Source of the DNA: Pseudomonadota bacterium
GTDB lineage: Bacteria > Bdellovibrionota > FAC87 > UBA2466
NCBI GenBank assembly: GCA_043718025.1
Contig: JAYSWN010000177.1
Location: forward strand, 1 to 49,846
Length of the DNA: 49,846 nt
Direction: 5' to 3'
Shown here: in pieces, positions 8,879-18,686 of the stretch
How positions within the stretch are numbered: position 1 is the first letter of the stretch
How the letters are laid out: every line of letters starts with the position of its first letter
Notes under the pieces: model-generated
What the model was told of the DNA's origin: nothing
The model's database searches: none
Seen by the model: the letters and a program-made list of their open reading frames with translations, nothing else
Translations under genes and position numbers: made by a program

Positions 8879-10356
8879 TGCCCTTACAAATTTATAATAC
8901 TCTGACTCGTAAGCACGAAACCTTTCAGCCAATGGAACCGGGCAAGGTGGGGATGTATGTTTGTGGTCCTACGGTTTACAACCTGACTCACGTAGGCAAT
9001 GCGCGGCCCGCCGTTTTTTTTGACCTGGTTCGCTGTTTTTTGGAATATTCCGGCTTCGAAGTCACTTTTGTAAGAAACTACACCGATGTGGACGACAAGA
9101 TTATCGCTCGTGCGCGTGAGTTGAAAATTGAGTCGCGCGAAGTTTCTGAAAAATACATTCTTGAGTACGACACCGACATGGGGCAACTCGGTATTACCCC
9201 GCCGACCGTAGGGCCCAAAGTAACCGAACACATTCCGCAGATTATAGCGATGGTTAAGGGGCTCGTGGAAAAAGGGGCCGCCTACGTCACCCCTGACGGC
9301 GAAGTTTTATATTCTGTGCGTCGCTTTACCGAATACGGAAAGCTGTCCGGCAAAAAAATTGATGACCTGCGCGCCGGCGTGCGGATTGAAGCGGACGAAA
9401 AAAAACAAGATCCGCTTGATTTCAGCCTGTGGAAACCACAAAAAGCTAAGGATGAGCCGGCTTGGCCGAGCCCTTGGGGATTGGGGCGACCGGGCTGGCA
9501 TATTGAATGCTCGGCAATGGCGCTGGAACATCTCGGCGTCACATTCGATATCCACGGGGGCGGTTTAGATTTGTGCCACCCCCATCATGAAAATGAAATT
9601 GCCCAGTCAGAGGCTTTCACCGGTAAGCCGTACGTGCGCTATTGGCTGCACAACAATCTGCTGTCGATGAACAATGAAAAGATGTCGAAGTCGCTCGGCA
9701 ACATCGTTTTGAATCGCGACTTTATGAAGGTTTACGGTCCCGAAACGTTGCGCTATCTGCTGCTCGCGGGCCACTACCGATCCCCCATCGATTTTTCTGA
9801 AAAAACCATTCGCGACAGCCAATCGGGCTTACACCGCATCTATTCAAGCCTTCTTCGCGCCACCGCGATGAAGTTAGCCGTAGGCAATGCGGTAGGCGGT
9901 ACGGAAGAGACCACGTTGATAAAGTTGGGCGAAACTTTCGAAAACGACTGGAAGATGGCTCTCGAGGATGATTTCAATACGCCTAAAGTGTTCGCACTAA
10001 TCTTTGATTACGTACGCGCGGCCAACAACTATTTTGATAAGAAAGGCTTTAAAGCCACGGTAAATACCCCCATGGTGGCTTTGGAGTATTTGACCAATTT
10101 GGGCAAGGTCTCGGTGGTGCTAAATCTTTTTTTGTCGGAACCGGTACAGTTTCTGAAGATGCTTAAATCTAATGTCTTACATGAGCGCGGCATTGAAGTG
10201 AGCGGTATCGAAGCCAAGTTGGTTCTTCGCACCGAGGCTCGAAAAGCTAGAGACTTTACGCTGTCGGATAAGATTCGCGACGAACTGGCCGCGCAAGGGA
10301 TTTTACTTTTGGATTCAGCCACCGGCACGGATTGGGATATCAAATTTTCTAACTAA
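8878..10356 (+). CDS. cysS: Cysteine--tRNA ligase
   Basis: MYVCGPTVY, HVGN (HIGH-like), GRPGWHIECSAM, KMSKS. Confidence 0.97.
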   Translation: MPLQIYNTLTRKHETFQPMEPGKVGMYVCGPTVYNLTHVGNARPAVFFDLVRCFLEYSGFEVTFVRNYTDVDDKIIARARELKIESREVSEKYILEYDTDMGQLGITPPTVGPKVTEHIPQIIAMVKGLVEKGAAYVTPDGEVLYSVRRFTEYGKLSGKKIDDLRAGVRIEADEKKQDPLDFSLWKPQKAKDEPAWPSPWGLGRPGWHIECSAMALEHLGVTFDIHGGGLDLCHPHHENEIAQSEAFTGKPYVRYWLHNNLLSMNNEKMSKSLGNIVLNRDFMKVYGPETLRYLLLAGHYRSPIDFSEKTIRDSQSGLHRIYSSLLRATAMKLAVGNAVGGTEETTLIKLGETFENDWKMALEDDFNTPKVFALIFDYVRAANNYFDKKGFKATVNTPMVALEYLTNLGKVSVVLNLFLSEPVQFLKMLKSNVLHERGIEVSGIEAKLVLRTEARKARDFTLSDKIRDELAAQGILLLDSATGTDWDIKFSN

Positions 10357-10369
10357 AATTTACTCGTTG

Positions 10370-11050
10370 TCAGCGTGAAGCCGAGGGCTGAAGTAAGCCT
10401 TGTCCCTTGATCGACGCTGATTCTATGACGAGGCCCATGCGGTCAGAACGTGGATTTCCTTTGGGGCCCAATGATGCCCAGACCATCCACACTTTTCCTC
10501 TAACGAATGAGAATGGTACGGGGCCCCAACGTCGGCTGTCGCGGCTTTCCCCTCGGTTGTCGCCCAGTACAAAGAAGTGGCCGCGCGGCACCAGGCCCGG
10601 ACCATAGTCTCCTTGAGTTCCGTGCTGCGGTAAAATGCGGCGAGGCGGTTGCCCTTGAATGGTTTCAATCTTCTGGCTGGTGTCGCCTGCGTAGTCCAAA
10701 TAACCGGCGGTCTCGCCGTTTACGGAAAGCACGCCTTGCTTTATCGCAACCGTATCCCCCTCCAATGCCACCACCCGTTTTACAAAAGATTCCATACCAA
10801 GTTCGGGCAGGGCGAAAACCACCACTTCGCCTCGCGTCGGGTTTCGAAAACGGAAAAATTCGATCGAGGTAAACGGCATTCTTACGGCGTAGTTGAATTT
10901 TGAGACCAGAAGCAAATCCCCGGAAAGAAGGCTGGGCTTCATAGAATCGGAAGAGACCCTAAAATTTTCTACGAAGAGAAATCGAACCAACAGGGCGCAC
11001 GAGGTGGCGATTAGAAAAAGGTGAACCAGATAGCGAGCTCTCTCTCTCAT
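10370..11050 (-). CDS. lepB: Signal peptidase I
   Basis: SDSMKPSL (Ser), FVKRVV (Lys), GDNRGESRDSR; downstream of lepA. Confidence 0.93.
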   Translation of the reverse strand: MRERARYLVHLFLIATSCALLVRFLFVENFRVSSDSMKPSLLSGDLLLVSKFNYAVRMPFTSIEFFRFRNPTRGEVVVFALPELGMESFVKRVVALEGDTVAIKQGVLSVNGETAGYLDYAGDTSQKIETIQGQPPRRILPQHGTQGDYGPGLVPRGHFFVLGDNRGESRDSRRWGPVPFSFVRGKVWMVWASLGPKGNPRSDRMGLVIESASIKGQGLLQPSASR

Positions 11051-11071
11051 TGCTCCTCCTTCCGCAAGACC

Positions 11072-12874
11072 TCAGTCGTCAATAGATAAGGCGGCCAGAA
11101 AAGCCTCTTGGGGAATCTCCACGGCCCCCACTGACTTCATCCTCTTTTTACCCTCTTTTTGTTTCTCCAGCAGTTTTCGCTTACGAGAGATGTCGCCGCC
11201 ATAACACTTGGCCAAAACGTTTTTGCTCATTGGCGCAATGCGTGTTTTAGCGATGATTTTGCCGCCTATTGCGGCTTGAATGATCACTTCGAACATCTGC
11301 CGGTCGATAAGCTCTTTCATCTTGATCGTGAGCTCGCGGCCGCGGAAATAGGCTTTGTCTTTGTGCACGATCCAGCTCAGCGCATCGACCGGATCGCCAT
11401 TTACCAACAGATCGAGCTTCACCAGCTCACCCGGCTGAAAACGGACAATCTCGTAGTCGAGGCTCGCATAACCCTTACTCACCGACTTCAATCGATCGTA
11501 GAAGTTTAAGACCACTTCATTAAATGGCAAATCGTACTCAAGCAAAATACGTTTGGGCGAAAAGTAATGCAGGTTCGTTTGTACTCCACGCCGCTCCTCA
11601 CACAATTTGATGAGGTTACCTAAATACTCTTCAGGGGTGTGAATTGTGACGTGCACAATTGGTTCTTCGATGAATTCAATCTTATTGGCGGGCGGAAGCT
11701 GTGACGGGTTATAAACCATCAGCGTCTCGCCTTTAAGGGTTTTCACTTTATAAACCACGGTTGGAGCGGTCGTGACGAGGTTTACGTTAAACTCGCGCTC
11801 CAAACGCTCTTGAACGATCTCCATATGAAGCAGCCCCAAAAAGCCGCAACGGAAGCCAAAACCTAAGGCGTCTGAACTCTCAGGTTCGTAAGAAATGGCG
11901 CTATCGTTCAAAATAAGTTTGGACAATGCGGTCTTAAGATTTTCGTAGCCAGCGGCTTCGGTGGGATAGATTCCCGCGAAGACCATGGGCTTTACCTCTT
12001 TAAAACCGGATAACGGTTGGCTCGAAGGGTTCTTAGTGCTGGTGATCGTGTCACCAATTTTCACGTCACGCAGATTCTTAATGCCGGCGACCACAAAGCC
12101 CACTTCACCAACCGAAAGAAAGGGGACCTCTTGGCCGCGAGGCGCAAAGATGCCGAGCTTTAAAACTTCGTGCTCGGTCTTGGAGTGCATCATAAACACT
12201 TTTTCGCCGGGGCGAAGCGTGCCTTGCATGATTCGGGTCAAAAAGATGACGCCCTGATACTCATCAAACCAAGCATCAAAGATTAAGCCCTGCAGAGGAG
12301 CGTTAGGATCGCCCTCGGGTGCGGGCAGGTGCTCTACGACGCTCTCAAGCACTTCGCGAATATTAATACCTTCTTTGGCGCTGATCGCTACTGACTTCGT
12401 GGTCGGTATGCCCACGATCTCTTCGATCTCTTTTTTAGTGCCCTCAACGTCGGCGCCAGGAAGATCAATTTTGTTTAGAACCGGTACCAGTTCGAGGTTG
12501 TTGTCGATCGCCAGATAAACGTTTGCTAACGTTTGGGCCTCCACGCCTTGCGACGCATCCACTACGACGATGGCGCCCTCACAGGCGGCAAGGCTGCGCG
12601 AAACTTCGTACACGAAGTCTACGTGGCCAGGGGTATCAATGAGATTCAGAACGTAGTCTTTTCCGTCGCGGGCGGTGAAGTTAAGCCGAGCCGTTTGGGC
12701 CTTGATGGTGATGCCGCGCTCGCGTTCGATTTCCAGCTGATCGAGAAACTGTGATTTCATTTCGCGACTCGTGAGGGCACCGGTTTCTTCCAGTAGCCGG
12801 TCGGCGAGCGTCGATTTGCCGTGGTCAATGTGGGCGATAATACAAAAATTTCTTATCCGAGTGGGGTCAGTCAC
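11072..12874 (-). CDS. lepA: Elongation factor 4
   Basis: [54 protein letters not shown]. Confidence 0.98.
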   Translation of the reverse strand: MTDPTRIRNFCIIAHIDHGKSTLADRLLEETGALTSREMKSQFLDQLEIERERGITIKAQTARLNFTARDGKDYVLNLIDTPGHVDFVYEVSRSLAACEGAIVVVDASQGVEAQTLANVYLAIDNNLELVPVLNKIDLPGADVEGTKKEIEEIVGIPTTKSVAISAKEGINIREVLESVVEHLPAPEGDPNAPLQGLIFDAWFDEYQGVIFLTRIMQGTLRPGEKVFMMHSKTEHEVLKLGIFAPRGQEVPFLSVGEVGFVVAGIKNLRDVKIGDTITSTKNPSSQPLSGFKEVKPMVFAGIYPTEAAGYENLKTALSKLILNDSAISYEPESSDALGFGFRCGFLGLLHMEIVQERLEREFNVNLVTTAPTVVYKVKTLKGETLMVYNPSQLPPANKIEFIEEPIVHVTIHTPEEYLGNLIKLCEERRGVQTNLHYFSPKRILLEYDLPFNEVVLNFYDRLKSVSKGYASLDYEIVRFQPGELVKLDLLVNGDPVDALSWIVHKDKAYFRGRELTIKMKELIDRQMFEVIIQAAIGGKIIAKTRIAPMSKNVLAKCYGGDISRKRKLLEKQKEGKKRMKSVGAVEIPQEAFLAALSIDD

Positions 12875-12893
12875 AACTGCTTAAACTTCCATT

Positions 12894-13127
12894 CTAGTTG
12901 TCGAGAGTGGGCGCGCGGGGATTCGTTTTAGGGGCATCTGCTTCTTTGCTGTCGCTCAAAAGCGATAACTGCCCCGGAAGGTGATCTCGATAACGTTCTA
13001 GAACGAGATCGATGCCTTCGCGAATATATTCCGCAATCGGAACTTTGGTCTTCTGATTCAACAACTTCAAAAGATTGTTCTGATCTTGGGTGATGTACAC
13101 CGTGGTAGAGATCTTTTTCCGATCCAT
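12894..13127 (-). CDS. Ribbon-helix-helix DNA-binding protein
   Basis: KKISTTVYIT beta strand followed by two helices (…TKVPIAEYIREGIDLVL). Start ATG 13127. Confidence 0.82.
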   Translation of the reverse strand: MDRKKISTTVYITQDQNNLLKLLNQKTKVPIAEYIREGIDLVLERYRDHLPGQLSLLSDSKEADAPKTNPRAPTLDN

Positions 13128-13134
13128 TACCAAA

Positions 13135-13162
13135 ATCCTAAACCACCATACATATATGTCAA
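13135..13162 (-). promoter_or_regulatory. Sigma70 promoter for RHH-lepA-lepB with an overlapping palindrome
   Basis: TTGACA-N16-TAGGAT; perfect palindrome ACATATATGT at 13150-13159. Confidence 0.6.
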
Positions 13163-13258
13163 TCGCGCCAAGCCAGTTTGGATGGTTTGATTGGGTTACG
13201 ATTTAAGTTTTCATCGTCGATTTCCGATGAGTGGGTGAACGCTCGTGAGGTATTCGCA

Positions 13259-14224
13259 ATGCACGCAAACTCCTTTTTTACTAAATTGGCCGCCACTTTG
13301 CTGGCTGGTTTTCTTTTGAGCCTACCCGGCTACGCCGAAGAGGCCCCCGAAGAGAATCCGCCGACCAACGAAGCGCATGAGGAGACGGCTCCCGATCCCA
13401 CCCAATCGGTTGAAGCTACGGAAGCGGCAACGGTTGAACCAAAAACTGACTACGTACCTGAAAATACGAAGGAAACCGGGAAAGCCTCGAAAACGGCTAA
13501 AACGGCTAAGGGCGCCAAGGCCGTAGAGGTGGCAAAATCGGAAACCGCGCAAGAGCCTAAGAATCTGCGCGATCAAGGTATCTTTGACCGCATCAAAACC
13601 TTAGTTAAGCGCCTTGATGCTCAGCAGCGAAAGGGTTTCGAATTCCCCTCGAAGATGGTGGAAGCCGCCATCCGTTCCGAATTTATGCGGCGAACCGAAG
13701 GGGCCGAAGGCCCCTCGTGGCTAAAAAAACGCACGCGCGAGTCCGACAAAGAGGTCGCCTTAGATAATTTAGAGATGCTTTTAGCCTATGCGGAGAAGCT
13801 AAGTTGGTCTCACCCGGGCAAAAGCAAAGACGCCAAAGAGGCGGTAAACGCGGTTTTGGAAGTGAAGCTACTGGCCGCTAAGGCGGTGGTGGATCGCTAT
13901 AATGTGCGTAACACCAACGGCCGTAGGCTGGCCAGCTTCTCGGGTTTTGCCCCGGCAAAAGGCTTGAGCGGCATTGGAAAAATTGAGGCCGCCCGCCGTG
14001 GCGTGCTCACCGGCGGTCAAGTGGCTGGCGAAGACTTTCAGCCGATCACGGGGAAAAAGTTTGAAGACTACGCAAAAAAATACCGGAGTACTTTGGTAGC
14101 TTCGGTAATGGAATACGAAAAACTCGCCGCCCTAGTGGCAGGGGCCCAGGCGCCGAAAGAAATGGCGGCTCCGGCCAAGAAGACCAGCAAGAAAAATAAA
14201 AAATCAAAAAAATCAGAAGAGTAA
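13259..14224 (+). CDS. Secreted hypothetical protein (acidic N-terminal region, Lys-rich tail)
   Basis: GAGG SD before ATG 13259; signal peptide ending PGYA; low-complexity termini. Confidence 0.7.
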   Translation: MHANSFFTKLAATLLAGFLLSLPGYAEEAPEENPPTNEAHEETAPDPTQSVEATEAATVEPKTDYVPENTKETGKASKTAKTAKGAKAVEVAKSETAQEPKNLRDQGIFDRIKTLVKRLDAQQRKGFEFPSKMVEAAIRSEFMRRTEGAEGPSWLKKRTRESDKEVALDNLEMLLAYAEKLSWSHPGKSKDAKEAVNAVLEVKLLAAKAVVDRYNVRNTNGRRLASFSGFAPAKGLSGIGKIEAARRGVLTGGQVAGEDFQPITGKKFEDYAKKYRSTLVASVMEYEKLAALVAGAQAPKEMAAPAKKTSKKNKKSKKSEE

Positions 14225-14229
14225 ATTTC

Positions 14230-14425
14230 CTTAGAGGGTGTCTCAAAAGTGGTATTTCGCCGTCATTGCCGAAGGCGCACGCCGTGCGGCTGAAGCAACC
14301 CCTTCACTATGAGTGAAGAGGGACGTCGACAAAACCAAGCAGGCCAAAGGTTGCCGCGCCTGCTACGCAGGCTCGGTAAATGACAGGAACGCGGCTCTAC
14401 ATAAGGTTTTGAGACACTCTCTTAG
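14230..14425. mobile_element. MITE-like non-autonomous element with terminal inverted repeats and a target-site duplication
   Basis: AGGGTGTCTCAAAA (14235-14248) and TTTTGAGACACTCT (14407-14420) are inverted, 13/14 match, flanked by CTTAG direct repeats; internal branched palindrome; no ORF. Confidence 0.75.
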
Positions 14426-14439
14426 TAATCGAAACTTGA

Positions 14440-15768
14440 TTACAGCAAGTTCGTCGCCAGCTCGGCGAGCTGCGAACGCTCCCCTTTAGTCATCGTGGTG
14501 TGGGCTGCAATCTCTTCGCCCTTAAAACGCTCCACAACGTAAGTGAGTCCGTTATTGCTGCTATCGACGTAGGGATTATCAATTTGATAGCAGTCGCCCG
14601 TCAGCACCACCTTGGTGCCTTCACCAGCGCGGGTGACAATCGTTTTAATCTCGTGCGGCGTTAAGTTCTGCGCCTCATCCACGATTAAAAACTGATAGGC
14701 CAGCGATCGACCGCGGATGTAAGTCAGCGGTTCGATGTGCAGCATGCCCTGGTTCACCAACTCTTGCCAGGCCCGGCGATTGCCGCGCTTACTGGTTTTT
14801 TCACCGGCACCAAAAGAGACAATGTAATCGATGTTGTCGAAGATTGGCTGCATCCAAGGGTTCAGCTTTTCTTCGATTTCACCCGGTAAATAACCAATGT
14901 CTTTGCCGAGTGGAAAAATTGGCCGCGACACCAACAGCTTTTGGTACTTGCCTTCATCGATGGTTTTGCGCAGGCCGCAGGCCAACGCCAGCAGCGTTTT
15001 TCCGGTACCCGCTTTGCCAACTAAGCTTACCAACTGAATGCTGTCGTCCATTAAGGCATCGAGCACAAAATTTTGCTCGAGGTTGCGCGCTTTGATTCCC
15101 CACACCCCGTCGGGCGGAATGCGCAACGCCACGATCTCACCGGCCGCTTTGCTGTAACGGCCTTGGGCGACGCGTTCGCGATTGTGCTGATCCACTAATG
15201 TTACATAAGTGTTGGGCTGAAGGTTTTTGTCCTGAATCGGAAAGCGACGATCGTGGTTAAAACTTTCGATAACTTCAGAGGGCACATCGTACGTAGCCGT
15301 ACCGCTATAAAGCTCTTCTAACGTCACTCGGCTCGGTTCGAAATCCACCGAAACCAGACCCAGGGCATCGGCCTTAACCCTAAGGTTAACGTCTTTGGTG
15401 ACAAAGATGACCGGGTTATTTGGCTTTTCTTGGCGCAGTTTCAACGCCACCGATAAGATACGGTGATCATTTTTATCTGCCTTTAAATCTTGGGGCAGGT
15501 ACTTTTCGGCGTCTTTAAACAGATCGACGGTGAGTGAGCCCTTTTTGCCCACTTCCACGCCGGTGGTTAAAGAGCCGCGCTTTCTTATTTCGTCTAAGTA
15601 GCGTGAGAATTGCCGGGCATTTCGCCCAATCTCGGTCAGCTCCTTTTTAAACCGGTCCATCTCCTCAAGACAGACAATCGGAATGACAACGTGGTTGTCC
15701 TCAAAGCGGTAAATGCATTGAGGATCGTAGAGAATAACGCTTGTGTCTAAGACGAAGATTTTTTTCAA
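14440..15768 (-). CDS. PIN-domain PhoH-family ATPase (PhoH2/YlaK-like)
   Basis: N-terminal PIN (FVLDTSVIL, NDHRIL, TKDVNLR); GKAGTGKT Walker A, GYLPG, IRGRS, IVDEAQN, QID. Confidence 0.93.
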   Translation of the reverse strand: MKKIFVLDTSVILYDPQCIYRFEDNHVVIPIVCLEEMDRFKKELTEIGRNARQFSRYLDEIRKRGSLTTGVEVGKKGSLTVDLFKDAEKYLPQDLKADKNDHRILSVALKLRQEKPNNPVIFVTKDVNLRVKADALGLVSVDFEPSRVTLEELYSGTATYDVPSEVIESFNHDRRFPIQDKNLQPNTYVTLVDQHNRERVAQGRYSKAAGEIVALRIPPDGVWGIKARNLEQNFVLDALMDDSIQLVSLVGKAGTGKTLLALACGLRKTIDEGKYQKLLVSRPIFPLGKDIGYLPGEIEEKLNPWMQPIFDNIDYIVSFGAGEKTSKRGNRRAWQELVNQGMLHIEPLTYIRGRSLAYQFLIVDEAQNLTPHEIKTIVTRAGEGTKVVLTGDCYQIDNPYVDSSNNGLTYVVERFKGEEIAAHTTMTKGERSQLAELATNLL

Positions 15769-17432
15769 TGAATTAGTATCCTTGAAATATCGTTGAACAG
15801 CGTGAGACCAACCAAGAAGAGAATGAACACCATTCCCACCTGATTAGCCATTTCCATGGTGCGAATAGAGACGGGACGCCCCTTGATGCCCTCGATAAGG
15901 AAAAATAATAAATGACCTCCATCGAGAACCGGTACGGGAAACAGATTTAGCAAAAATAAGTTGATGCTGATCAGCGCCATCATTTGCAAAAAGGGGATGA
16001 TTCCGGCGTCGAGGCTTTTTCCCGCAACCGACGCGATTAGCACCGGCCCGCCCAAATTTTTTACGCTGATCTGGCCAACCGCCAGCTTTGCGAGGCTAAT
16101 TACCATCTTCTTGGCGATGTCGTAAGTTTCGGTGGCGGCTCTGGCCACCAATGCAATCGGATCTTTAGTGGCGAGCTTCACCACTTCGCTATCCTGATAC
16201 ACACTGCGTGGCACAAAACCCACCATGAAGCGTTTGATCGGCTGGCGAGTGATCGGATCTTCTTGAGTTGAAGGGGCGGGGGTCATAGAAAGCGGAACCG
16301 CTTGCCCCTCGCGTTCGATAACAAAAGATGCCGAAGTGTTTTGGCTGCCGGCCGCTTGTACCTCGTCAATGATCGTTTCGAAATTCAGAATGTCTTTCTG
16401 ATTCACTTTTAAAATGCGATCGCCAGGCTGCAGGCCGCCCTTTTCGGCCGGGCTTGCCGGCCCAACTTTATCGACGAAAAGATCGGAAGGCAGCATGCCC
16501 AAAAGTTCGGGCTGACCGAAAGCCCCAATTTTTCCGCCGCCCTTTATTGGTTCGGGCACCGCCACGCTGAGAGTGAGATCACTTTCGGGGGCTTTATCCT
16601 GTCCCCGTCGTTTCACCGAAATCACCAAATTCTTTTTGGGTTCCCATTCGGCCGCAAAGGCGTCTTTGAGATCTTCGTAGGTGGCTACGCTGTGGGTGTT
16701 AACCTTAGTAATGTAATCGCCAGTTCGAAAGCCCGCTTCGTAGGCCAATGACTTGGGATTTGAGATTCCGATGACGCTCGCTAAGGGGAGGGGGCTAATC
16801 CCTTTGAGGCCGCCTACCTCCTCATCTTCACCGTAAGCATTCTTGCTGTGCACTTTGGTAACCGGGACAGAAAGCTTAAGCTCGGTTTTTTCACGCTGGA
16901 TTAATAACTCAACGGTTTTGCCGTCGAGGGTGCGCAGCTTATCTTCGAGATGTATCCAGGCTTCTACCTTTTCGCCGTTCACGGCCAAAATGCGATCCCG
17001 CGGGCGCAAACCTGCTTCGTAGGAGGCCGTTCCCAACATCACCGTGCCGACTTTTGTGCTGGCGGCCGGCTGACCGAACCAAAACACGACGGTCATTAGA
17101 ATGAAGGCCAGCATCAAATTAAAAAACGGACCGGCGAATACGACCAAAAATCTTTTGTAGAGCTTCTGGGTAGAGAAAGCGCGCTCAGCATCGGCCGCGG
17201 GCACACCTTTATAAGGATCGTCGCCCATCATTTTCACGTATCCGCCGAAGGGGAAGAGCGAGAGGCAATAGTCCGTCTCACCGATCCTCTTTTGAAAAAT
17301 CTTTTTGCCGAAGCCCAAAGAAAAAACTTCCACTTTAATTCCGAAAAGCTTGGCGATGGCGTAGTGACCAAACTCATGAAAGAAAATGAGACCGCCCAAA
17401 AGGACAATCATTCCGACAATTGAAGTGAGCAC
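15765..17432 (-). CDS. rseP: RIP metalloprotease RseP (three PDZ domains)
   Basis: FFHEFGH, GGYVKM, AGPFFN, NLFPVPVLDGGH; position after dxr. Confidence 0.95.
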   Translation of the reverse strand: MLTSIVGMIVLLGGLIFFHEFGHYAIAKLFGIKVEVFSLGFGKKIFQKRIGETDYCLSLFPFGGYVKMMGDDPYKGVPAADAERAFSTQKLYKRFLVVFAGPFFNLMLAFILMTVVFWFGQPAASTKVGTVMLGTASYEAGLRPRDRILAVNGEKVEAWIHLEDKLRTLDGKTVELLIQREKTELKLSVPVTKVHSKNAYGEDEEVGGLKGISPLPLASVIGISNPKSLAYEAGFRTGDYITKVNTHSVATYEDLKDAFAAEWEPKKNLVISVKRRGQDKAPESDLTLSVAVPEPIKGGGKIGAFGQPELLGMLPSDLFVDKVGPASPAEKGGLQPGDRILKVNQKDILNFETIIDEVQAAGSQNTSASFVIEREGQAVPLSMTPAPSTQEDPITRQPIKRFMVGFVPRSVYQDSEVVKLATKDPIALVARAATETYDIAKKMVISLAKLAVGQISVKNLGGPVLIASVAGKSLDAGIIPFLQMMALISINLFLLNLFPVPVLDGGHLLFFLIEGIKGRPVSIRTMEMANQVGMVFILFLVGLTLFNDISRILIH

Positions 17433-17540
17433 TTACTCTCCTATTAAAACGCGAGCCACCAGGCGGCTCGGTTTCGTATATTAGCCCACAGAAATCCCGC
17501 CTTCAAACACCGGAATCTGTAGAATTTTCTTTAAAGGTGC

Positions 17541-18686
17541 TTATTTTCGGAGCGTCAAGTCAATTGCGACTCGTCGCACCTCAGAGTCTAGGGCGATCAT
17601 GGCTTCCAAATCAGTTTCGGAAACTGACCAGGCTCGGCTTAGTACCTGCTCGATCAGCTCAGGAATTTGCGAGAACAAAACCTTGCCGTCTAAAAACGCA
17701 TGAACGGCGATCTCGTTGGTGGCATTGAGGGCAATTAAATGGGCGGTGCCGGCCCTCAAAGCCTCACGGGCAAGGCGAAGGCAGGGAAAACGCACCAGGT
17801 CGGGTTCCATAAATTCTAACTTCGAAAGCTCGCTTAGCTTTAGCCGCGGAACCGGGTTGGGGAGTCTCTCTGGGTACTCTAACGCGTAGCCAATTGAGAG
17901 CTTCATGTCGGGCCGCGACAAGTGGGCCAGTATCGAACCATCGGTAAGTAACGCTGCGCCATGCACGATACTTTGGGGGTGCACCCAAACTTCAAGTTGA
18001 TTCTCCGGAACCTCGAATAAGAAGTGCGCTTCGATAAGTTCGAGCCCTTTATTCATCAAAGTGGCGGAATCAACGGAAATCTTGGGGCCCATCTTCCAGT
18101 TTGGGTGATTCACGGCAATGGCCGGGGTTACCTTTTCCAGAGCCAGATTAGGAAGTCGAAGTAACGGGCCGCCGCTGGCCGTGAGAATAAGGGCATCGAC
18201 CTGCTTGCGATCCACCCCCTCTAAAATTTGGAAAAGGGCGTTGTGCTCGCTATCCACCGGCAGAAGCCGGGCGCCGCAACGGGCGGCTTCACTCACAATT
18301 AACTTGCCCGAAACCACCAGCGACTCTTTGTTCGCAATGGCGATAGTTTTGCCTTGGCGAACCGCCATTAGCGTTGGAATCAACGCCGCGAAACCTACGA
18401 TGCCCACCACCACAAGGTCACTTGCGGCGATAGCTTCTTCGATTAAGTTGTCGGCGCTTCCCACCGTGATGCCTGGCAGGGCGGCTTTTACACTGGATAC
18501 CGAGGCGCTTCCCACCGTAACAAAGCGGGGTTTAAACTTTTTGGCTTGCTCAATAAGCTTATCGCCACTGGTATGGGCGGCCAGCAGCACCACTTCGTAC
18601 TTGTCAGGAAAGGCTTCGACCAGTTCGAGGGTATTAACGCCGATGGTCCCGGTTGAGCCCAGCAGGGCAATCTTCTTCTTCCCCAT
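17541..18686 (-). CDS. dxr: 1-deoxy-D-xylulose 5-phosphate reductoisomerase
   Basis: LGSTGTIG, ANKESLV, PVDSEHNA, HPNWKMGPKISVDSATLMNKGLE. Confidence 0.97.
   Translation of the reverse strand: MGKKKIALLGSTGTIGVNTLELVEAFPDKYEVVLLAAHTSGDKLIEQAKKFKPRFVTVGSASVSSVKAALPGITVGSADNLIEEAIAASDLVVVGIVGFAALIPTLMAVRQGKTIAIANKESLVVSGKLIVSEAARCGARLLPVDSEHNALFQILEGVDRKQVDALILTASGGPLLRLPNLALEKVTPAIAVNHPNWKMGPKISVDSATLMNKGLELIEAHFLFEVPENQLEVWVHPQSIVHGAALLTDGSILAHLSRPDMKLSIGYALEYPERLPNPVPRLKLSELSKLEFMEPDLVRFPCLRLAREALRAGTAHLIALNATNEIAVHAFLDGKVLFSQIPELIEQVLSRAWSVSETDLEAMIALDSEVRRVAIDLTLRK

Noticed and set aside
17446..17470. Hairpin CGAGCCGC-CTG-GTGGCTCG followed by CGTTTT just before the rseP SD
   Set aside because: The U tract is short and offset. 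It could be an attenuator, but support is too weak to call.
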